In this document: positions 8,633-15,054 of the stretch, piece after piece
Layout: every line of letters starts with the position of its first letter
Numbering within the stretch: position 1 is the first letter of the stretch
Source of the DNA: a bacterium
Lineage (GTDB): Bacteria > UBA10199 > JADGCS01
Length of the DNA: 37,773 nt
Direction: 5' to 3'
Assembly: GCA_018812345.1 (NCBI GenBank)
Contig: JAHJDR010000012.1
Coordinates: 1 to 37,773, forward strand
Program-made: the position numbers and the translations under genes
Notes under the pieces: generated by a model
What the model was told of the DNA's origin: nothing
Databases searched by the model: none
What the model saw: the letters and a program-made list of their open reading frames with translations, nothing else

Positions 8633-9036
8633 CTCAATTAAGAAAAAATAATACCCTCTTTGTATTAAAACTAACTTTAGTCTTTAGTCTTTGGTCTTTA
8701 GTCTTTACAAGTTGTTCCACATTCTACGGTGGTACAACGAGTTCTGAGGGGGATATGAGTGTTTCAGCCTCTCCGACCGAGATAGCTATTAGTGGTGATG
8801 CGGGTACAACCAGTCATCGCACAATTACGTTTTCTAATGCGTCAGACCAGAGTTTTGAAATTCATAATATGGCTTTTGTAGATAATGATTGTGGGGCCTA
8901 TTCTGTTTATAATGTGCTCGATGAAGCCAATAATGTTCTCTATCAAACAGGTAATCCTATTTCTATTAGCGTTGTTTCTGGGGCAAGCATTAGTATTAAT
9001 CTGCAATTTAGCCCCACATCTTGTAAAACAACATAA
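8629..9036 (+). CDS. Lipoprotein, N-terminal part (135 aa), ended by an in-frame TAA
   Basis: The ATG overlaps the upstream TGA (ATGA). Signal peptide and lipobox ...LVFSLWSLVFTSC. Beta-sandwich-like pattern (ITFSNASDQSFEIHNM...ISINLQFSP). Confidence 0.7.
   Translation: MTQLRKNNTLFVLKLTLVFSLWSLVFTSCSTFYGGTTSSEGDMSVSASPTEIAISGDAGTTSHRTITFSNASDQSFEIHNMAFVDNDCGAYSVYNVLDEANNVLYQTGNPISISVVSGASISINLQFSPTSCKTT
8674..8708. repeat. TCTTTAG heptamer array (right arm, reverse complement of CTAAAGA) inside the signal-peptide codons
   Basis: ACTTTAG TCTTTAG TCTTTGG TCTTTAG TCTTTAC. Its reverse complement matches 8202-8229 at 25 of 28 positions. It encodes LVFSLWSLVF. Confidence 0.85.
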
Positions 9037-9063
9037 TACACAACAACATTTATTATTTATTAT

Positions 9064-9906
9064 ATGATGGGGGAAACTGAGCTGTCTGACGCGGTTTCTT
9101 TGTTCACAACAGTTACAGATAATGCGCCTGATGCTGTTGTGTGTGATGAGGTTTCCAGAAGTTATTATGACGAATATGATAACCCCACAGAACGATCTCT
9201 GCCCGTTCTAGCTGATGGCAAGTCATACTATTTAAGAATTGATAAACTAAGCGCGTACATTCAAACAACAGGTGCTTTTGCTGCTTACGCGACTCAGGTA
9301 AGCACGCACTTGTATTTAGATGTGATTCCCGAAGCTGATCGCTACCAGCCTGTTTACTTGCCCTTTACAACAGATGAATCTGGCAATGTGACAGTAGCTG
9401 AAATTGATGCCTGTTCTGGTTTTGGAATGCCAACACCAATAACAGACACATTCTTTTTAGCCGCACCTGTTGCTGTGAATACAGCCGAGGCTTTTATAGG
9501 TTCAATTGATCGCGCGGAAACCCCTGGTCGCTTTTCTGTTCCCAATATTGTGCTCAGGATGTCTTCTTATATAAATAACTCTAATTCCCTTTTGCAAAGT
9601 ACAGAGGGCTATTTTGATGTTAATATTAATGTGGCCAGCCTCACGTCAGGGGAAACAGCTTCAAATGATTTTTTGCTAGATGTGCCTGCAGATACAGATG
9701 ATGATGGTGAACCTTTGCTCAATATTGTAGATGATAAGCTTGTGGGCAAAGATATAAGACATGGCACTGTGACTCTGGTTGGTATTGGCGAGTTTATTCA
9801 AGATGATAACACAAAGCTTTCTAACGAAGCTGTGTCTGCGATTATTGATAATGAATCCTATCTGTTTATTCAGATTGAAGGCGTTGTGACGCAGGAGATT
9901 GATTAG
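9064..9906 (+). CDS. Hypothetical protein (280 aa), in the same frame as 8629..9036 and probably its continuation
   Basis: 9064-8629 = 435 nt, a multiple of 3. Only the TAA at 9034-9036 separates the two ORFs. No signal peptide of its own. Confidence 0.65.
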   Translation: MMGETELSDAVSLFTTVTDNAPDAVVCDEVSRSYYDEYDNPTERSLPVLADGKSYYLRIDKLSAYIQTTGAFAAYATQVSTHLYLDVIPEADRYQPVYLPFTTDESGNVTVAEIDACSGFGMPTPITDTFFLAAPVAVNTAEAFIGSIDRAETPGRFSVPNIVLRMSSYINNSNSLLQSTEGYFDVNINVASLTSGETASNDFLLDVPADTDDDGEPLLNIVDDKLVGKDIRHGTVTLVGIGEFIQDDNTKLSNEAVSAIIDNESYLFIQIEGVVTQEID

Positions 9907-9910
9907 TTAT

Positions 9911-9987
9911 TCGTTGCTCGTTTTCCGTTGTCCGTATGAAGATAAAAAACGGACCACGGACCACGGACCACGGGCCACGGACCACGA
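9911..9987. repeat. Heptamer-array hairpin (TCGTTGC-type arm / (CGGACCA)x5 arm)
   Basis: Left arm TCGTTGC TCGTTTT CCGTTGT CCGT (9911-9935). The loop is A-rich. Right arm is CGGACCA x5 with one G variant (9950-9987). The inner 11 positions pair 10 of 11. Confidence 0.85.
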
Positions 9988-9992
9988 GAAGT

Positions 9993-12900
9993 ATGCTAAA
10001 GAGAATAAAAACATATTTCCTCATAGTATTATTCGTAGTAGTAGCTCTAACCCCAGCCTGTGGTGGTGAGGGTGACGTTGTAGATGCTTTGCCAGATATT
10101 AGTCCAACGCCAGATTTTACACCTGCGGCGGATACGAGTTTGGCTGATATGGCTATTAATACTTTCTTAGACAATGGTATTAGTATTACTGTTGATCCTG
10201 AATTTGTTGATTTCAATGACGAGAATGGCGCTATTAGTGAAGACGACGAATTGTATGCCGCTTTTAGCCTGACAAACAATTCAGGGACAACGCGCTCCTT
10301 TAACCTCAAAATTTATTCTGTATCAACGGGCTTTTCTATTGTTGATGAAAATAAAGAAAATCTGGGCAGCTATAATTACATAGAGGTTGCTCAGGGTGAA
10401 ACAAGAGAATTCTATTTAAAATTCAATGCGTGGGTTTTTGGAACACAAACAAGTTACATCACGATTACAGCAGATATTGATGGTTATATCCGATTTCCTA
10501 TGAGAGCTTCTGTGACAGGGCCCACAAGTTTTAAAATAATTTCCACAGGCTATTTTTGCACAGATGACAATGCGCCATCTATATCTTCTTTAGACTTTTA
10601 TAAAGCAGCCTATGGCCAAACAAAAATTCAAGGCATTAAGATCTGTAATACAGGCGGTGAGGACATTAAAATAAATATGGCAAGTCTAGAAGTTGGTGAT
10701 GATGCTACGCAATCGGATGCTATGCTAGGGAATGCTTTTCAAGATTTTATTTGGCAGATTACAGATGAGATTGATAGCACCTTTTCTTTTGGCCAAGAAC
10801 CAACAGCAACGAAGAGCTTTACGGAACCAAATTTTATAGATTACACAGGATCTCTTGATGATCCCGCCGCGAGCTATGATGTCCGCGTTTATCATACCGG
10901 TGCTGCCGTTCAAAATATTCTCATAGAAGCGGGAAAAATTCTCATGCTGGATGTTTTATACAGTCCGACAATGGCTGTAGAGGCGCCAGAAGGCTCTCTT
11001 TATAATTCTGTTGGGGTTAATGCCTTGCTAAAACTCAGCACATCGCTGGGAACAATAAGAATTCCTCTTGTGGGGGCTACGGGTGGTCAAGAGCCCATGC
11101 TTGAAATGGCCTATCGTTTGAGTGGCGAAGATGTTTATAAACCTATAGATCTTTATTCTGATGGTGCCGCAGCATACTTTGGTCGTGTGGAACTTTTTTT
11201 GGACTGGGTTTCTGCCAATTCATCTGTTGCTGAAATCAAAATAGCTAATGTGGGTAGTGGTTCAAAAGATCTTGAATTTTATGGTGGCGCTTTAAATGGT
11301 TTTTATGAGTATTATTGGGAAACAGGTGACAGTTTAAGTTTTCCCGTTACCCTCTCTTCTGGAGAAGAAGATTCTTTCTTTATGCGTTATTTGCCTGCGG
11401 CAACAAAAGCGCTCGATGAGGCTTATGATGCTACATGGGATTTTGGCCAATTTTATTTTGAACACACAGGTGGTAATGGACCACAAGGTAAGGTTTCGCT
11501 TGTCGGTGAACAAGATGCTGGCTACTCTGTTGAGCTTTTTTATGGTGGTGCTAAATTAGAGCATGAATATGAGGATGGTCGTAAAAAGAATTTATGTGTT
11601 TTTTCTACAGATCCTGCAAACCCAACAATGATTACGTTTAAAGTGGTTAATAATAATAAACTCAATAGTATGAGTGTTGATTGGGATATTAGAGATGATG
11701 ATGGTAATATAACAGCAACACCGAGTAGTGGTTTTGTTTCTGTTGACCCTGATTCTTCTTATTCATTTACAGTGGGTTTTGTGGCTTCTGGTGATGTTGT
11801 GGGCACAATGGTTTCGGGAGCGTTTAATGTGACGACAGAGTTTCCAGAGGCAGAAGCTCTTTATGCCGCACAGACTCAAGACCTTGTAGATCGAATTTTT
11901 TTAGTGCCATTTCAAGCCATGGCAAGCGAGTCAGGAGAGAGTAATTTGTGTAATACGGGTGTTCTCGGTGAAGACGGTACAACCCGAGCTACCTTTGTTA
12001 TTGATCGCGTGACCATGGTGATGACCGATCTTATTGAGTCAGCACATAATCCACCACCTTTCCGCTTTCATTTGCCGCTTGATGTGAATGCTCAGGACGG
12101 AACAGTGCGCATCGCAGAGCCTATTGAATTACAATTTAATGAAGAAGATCTTAATCCTTTAAAGTCTGTTCGTTCCTTTACGCATCAGGCAACCAATATT
12201 CAGGGTTGTGCCCCCTTACCTACTAATCCCTACAGCTTAGAGTATAAAAAGGGGAGCTGGACAGGAAAAGGTATTGAATGCTCGGATGATGGAGAGGGAA
12301 CAATTAAATACACAACGCCTTTGGGAGAAAATATTACTATTGATTCAGATACAGCTTGTATGCCCACAAATGGTGGGGAAGAAGTTATAGATGAAAATGG
12401 TGTTCGTTGGATGGTTGTGTACCATGAATTTGTTAAGTTTGATAACTGTGATGTTGAATACTATGGGAAAATAGCCACATTTGCTTACCGCCCTGATCTC
12501 GAAGATGTGAATGATGTCTTTAAGAGGGCTGAAGCGGCGCCTAATGAAAGTGAATCTTATTATGAAGGTGTTTACGGAGCTTATCAATATGGTTCCTACA
12601 TTACTTTCTTAGATGATACTAAATGTGCTGGTAATAAATATGGCCCAAGCTCGACACAAACTATTACGGATCCTGATGTTGTGAAAGATTGTTACAAGTC
12701 ATTGGCCTCAAAAAGTGATACGCGCCGACAAGATGGTTTTGTAAATGAATGCTCTTATTTTGTGTTTACTATTGATGAAGGTGTTGTGCCTGCTGATGCC
12801 ACTTCTGAAAATCCTGATTATGATTCTTGGGTAAGTTTTGGCACTTATGAGCCTCATGTGGATGATGAAGGGGAAACGCATGAAACTAAATATGATATAA

Positions 12901-13787
12901 CTATATATAATGTGCATTTTGTAGCCTATGTTTTAGGGGCAGGCGATCGTGGTATTTTCTTTAGTCACCCAGGGCATCTTGTTTATTCTGATATGTATGT
13001 GACCATCACAACAAAGCGCATTGCTGAGGAATCCTGGTATGATGGTGATTGGCAGCAACGTATTTCTTCTAATACAAGGCAGCACCTTGATAAGAACCAG
13101 ATTTTTCTAAAAGATGGGGAACGCTATGATACGAAGAAATTCTGGACAGAAGATGGTATTAATGAAGAGTTTAGTAATGTGATTGAGCAAAAAACCCTTG
13201 TTGATTCAGGTTTCAATTATGGTGGTTTTGGTAAGGGCGATTTTAGATTTTGGGGTGGTGATCCTAATGCCAAAACAATTATTTTTGCTGGTTGGCCTGT
13301 AAATTATGATGAACATAATCTTGTGCTTATGGTTGGTATTGGGGCTTTTAATGGTAAAGGAAATACGGCACCGTCATTTGCCAAAGCTGATGCCACAACA
13401 GGACAGGGTAAGCCCCTCTATTTTTCTTTTACAGGTTGTCTCATACCTGGCGAAGCTGCTGATAACCAGGGTTGCTTTGACTGGCATATTGATGACGGGG
13501 TTATGCCTGATGGCACGCCCTTGATTGATCTTTATAGCGAATCACAAATTGGCATGTTGCCTGATGGGTATGTTGATGAGCCTGGTGATTGTGCTAATTT
13601 AGAAAATGCAGGCTTTGCTGATCCCTCTAATCCTGATTATGATATGTATAAATACATGCCCTGTATTAATTATAAGATAATTGATGGTTTTGATCGTGAC
13701 CGTTACAAAAATTACTACGATAATTCGAATAAAATTGATTATGGCAATGACCCTTACGGTTCGTCTACCTGTGGTTACGGCAATTAG
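9993..13787 (+). CDS. Large Cys-rich lipoprotein (1264 aa) with repeated Ig-like/beta-sandwich modules, function unknown
   Basis: The ORF is open from 9936, but its first 19 codons translate the heptamer array. The ATG at 9993 gives MLKRIKTYFLIVLFVVVALTPAC, a lipoprotein-type signal. Recurrent 'xNxGxxxL'-type strands (FSLTNNSGTTRSF, IKICNTGGEDIKI, IKIANVGSGSKDL) resemble choice-of-anchor-D/ASH-like domains. Confidence 0.9.
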   Translation: MLKRIKTYFLIVLFVVVALTPACGGEGDVVDALPDISPTPDFTPAADTSLADMAINTFLDNGISITVDPEFVDFNDENGAISEDDELYAAFSLTNNSGTTRSFNLKIYSVSTGFSIVDENKENLGSYNYIEVAQGETREFYLKFNAWVFGTQTSYITITADIDGYIRFPMRASVTGPTSFKIISTGYFCTDDNAPSISSLDFYKAAYGQTKIQGIKICNTGGEDIKINMASLEVGDDATQSDAMLGNAFQDFIWQITDEIDSTFSFGQEPTATKSFTEPNFIDYTGSLDDPAASYDVRVYHTGAAVQNILIEAGKILMLDVLYSPTMAVEAPEGSLYNSVGVNALLKLSTSLGTIRIPLVGATGGQEPMLEMAYRLSGEDVYKPIDLYSDGAAAYFGRVELFLDWVSANSSVAEIKIANVGSGSKDLEFYGGALNGFYEYYWETGDSLSFPVTLSSGEEDSFFMRYLPAATKALDEAYDATWDFGQFYFEHTGGNGPQGKVSLVGEQDAGYSVELFYGGAKLEHEYEDGRKKNLCVFSTDPANPTMITFKVVNNNKLNSMSVDWDIRDDDGNITATPSSGFVSVDPDSSYSFTVGFVASGDVVGTMVSGAFNVTTEFPEAEALYAAQTQDLVDRIFLVPFQAMASESGESNLCNTGVLGEDGTTRATFVIDRVTMVMTDLIESAHNPPPFRFHLPLDVNAQDGTVRIAEPIELQFNEEDLNPLKSVRSFTHQATNIQGCAPLPTNPYSLEYKKGSWTGKGIECSDDGEGTIKYTTPLGENITIDSDTACMPTNGGEEVIDENGVRWMVVYHEFVKFDNCDVEYYGKIATFAYRPDLEDVNDVFKRAEAAPNESESYYEGVYGAYQYGSYITFLDDTKCAGNKYGPSSTQTITDPDVVKDCYKSLASKSDTRRQDGFVNECSYFVFTIDEGVVPADATSENPDYDSWVSFGTYEPHVDDEGETHETKYDITIYNVHFVAYVLGAGDRGIFFSHPGHLVYSDMYVTITTKRIAEESWYDGDWQQRISSNTRQHLDKNQIFLKDGERYDTKKFWTEDGINEEFSNVIEQKTLVDSGFNYGGFGKGDFRFWGGDPNAKTIIFAGWPVNYDEHNLVLMVGIGAFNGKGNTAPSFAKADATTGQGKPLYFSFTGCLIPGEAADNQGCFDWHIDDGVMPDGTPLIDLYSESQIGMLPDGYVDEPGDCANLENAGFADPSNPDYDMYKYMPCINYKIIDGFDRDRYKNYYDNSNKIDYGNDPYGSSTCGYGN

Positions 13788-13799
13788 GGTAAGAAAATA

Positions 13800-13857
13800 C
13801 GAAATCCGAATTTCGAAATCCGAAACAAAATAGTTTGGATTATTGATTGTCTTTTTT
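13800..13857 (+). repeat. CGAAATC heptamer array with hairpin and T-run (likely end of the operon)
   Basis: CGAAATC CGAATTT CGAAATC CGAAAC (13800-13826). It pairs with GTTTGGATT (13833-13841). T6 at 13852-13857. Confidence 0.65.
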
Positions 13858-13886
13858 ACATCAAATCAGTAAACAATCACCAATTT

Positions 13887-15014
13887 ATGACAAAAAAAAT
13901 TCCAGCTTATCTGGTCCTAAAAGATGGAACAGTGTTTGAGGGGTTTGGTTTTGGTTCATTAAACACCAATTCTGGTGAAGTTGTTTTCAATACATCCATG
14001 ACAGGTTATCAAGAAATTCTCACAGATCCATCCTATGCAGGACAGATCGTTGTGATGACCTATCCTCACATTGGCAATTATGGCATCAACCCAGAAGATG
14101 TGGAGTCGAGAAAGATTTATGCACAAGGCTTGGTCGTGAAAGAATTATCAGAAATCTATTCTAACCACCGGGCCACGTTATCGTTGGATGCTTATTTGAA
14201 AAAAGAAGGTGTTCCAGGAATCTCTGGCATTGATACCCGCGCCCTTGTGCGCCACATAAGGAATAAAGGCGCCATGCCAGCGCTATTGTCTGTGGGATCT
14301 AAACAAACAGCAAAACAACTCATTAAAGAGGCTAATAACTTACCAGAGATGAAAGGCCAGAATCTGGCAAAAGAGGTCTCAACGAAGGGCGTAAGGCGCA
14401 GGGAGCAAGGCGTAAGGCGCAGGGAGCAAGGCGTAAGGCAAAAACAGCGCTTCAATGTGATTGCCTATGATTATGGAATAAAGTTAAATATTTTGAGGTT
14501 GTTGGAAGCGCATGGGTGTAACGTTACGGTAGTGCCTTATGATTATTCAGCGGATAGAATTCTTAAGTCTAAAACGAAAATAGATGGTGTGTTTCTGTCC
14601 AATGGACCAGGAGATCCCGCGCCTTGTTTTCAAGCCATTGAGAATGTCAAAAAGCTTATTGGGAAAAAACCAATATTTGGTATTTGTTTAGGCCATCAAA
14701 TATTAGCCTTAGCCCTTGGGGCAAAAACATATAAATTAAAATTTGGTCATCATGGTGGTAATCAGCCGGTAAAAAATCTTGAAAAAGAAACAGTAGAGAT
14801 TACTGCGCAAAACCACGGTTTTGCTGTTGATCCACAAACATTGCCCCACGATGTAAAGATCACACACATTCATTTGAATGATCAGACGGTTTCAGGGATC
14901 AAGCATGAAACCTTGCCATTGTTTTCAGTGCAGTATCATCCCGAAGCTAGTCCGGGGCCGCATGATAGCACGTATCTCTTTCATCAATTTGTTGAATTGA
15001 TGAAAGAGAAATGA
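13887..15014 (+). CDS. carA: Carbamoyl-phosphate synthase small (glutaminase) subunit
   Basis: Full-length similarity, including the GICLGHQ catalytic Cys motif and QYHPEASPGPHD. Confidence 0.95.
   Translation: MTKKIPAYLVLKDGTVFEGFGFGSLNTNSGEVVFNTSMTGYQEILTDPSYAGQIVVMTYPHIGNYGINPEDVESRKIYAQGLVVKELSEIYSNHRATLSLDAYLKKEGVPGISGIDTRALVRHIRNKGAMPALLSVGSKQTAKQLIKEANNLPEMKGQNLAKEVSTKGVRRREQGVRRREQGVRQKQRFNVIAYDYGIKLNILRLLEAHGCNVTVVPYDYSADRILKSKTKIDGVFLSNGPGDPAPCFQAIENVKKLIGKKPIFGICLGHQILALALGAKTYKLKFGHHGGNQPVKNLEKETVEITAQNHGFAVDPQTLPHDVKITHIHLNDQTVSGIKHETLPLFSVQYHPEASPGPHDSTYLFHQFVELMKEK
14388..14440 (+). repeat. In-frame 21-bp tandem repeat (2.5 copies) inside carA
   Basis: GGCGTAAGGCGCAGGGAGCAA x2 plus GGCGTAAGGCA. 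Each unit is three degenerate heptamers (GGCGTAA GGCGCAG GGAGCAA). It encodes GVRRREQ GVRRREQ GVRQ in the inter-domain linker. Confidence 0.9.
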
Positions 15015-15053
15015 AAAATGAAAAATACATAAATGAAAAATGAAAAAGTAAAA
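15009..15053. repeat. AATGAAA heptamer array filling the carA-carB spacer
   Basis: ...GAGAAATGAAAAATGAAAAATACATAAATGAAAAATGAAAAAGTAAAAG. The carA stop TGA (15012-15014) is inside the array. Confidence 0.8.
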
Positions 15054-15054
15054 G

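Noticed and set aside
8255-9036. Reassignment of TAA as a sense codon, to explain the two in-frame TAAs.
   Set aside because: TAA cleanly terminates several well-defined genes here (1777..3288, 3367..8205, hpt, the DTW gene), each at the expected family C-terminus.
3367-9906. A diversity-generating retroelement: an Avd-like four-helix-bundle gene directly downstream of a giant surface protein.
   Set aside because: There is no reverse transcriptase ORF anywhere in the window. I could find no template/variable repeat pair between the 3' end of 3367..8205 and the sequence after the Avd-like gene, which runs straight into a lipoprotein signal peptide. The Avd-like gene also carries an early stop.
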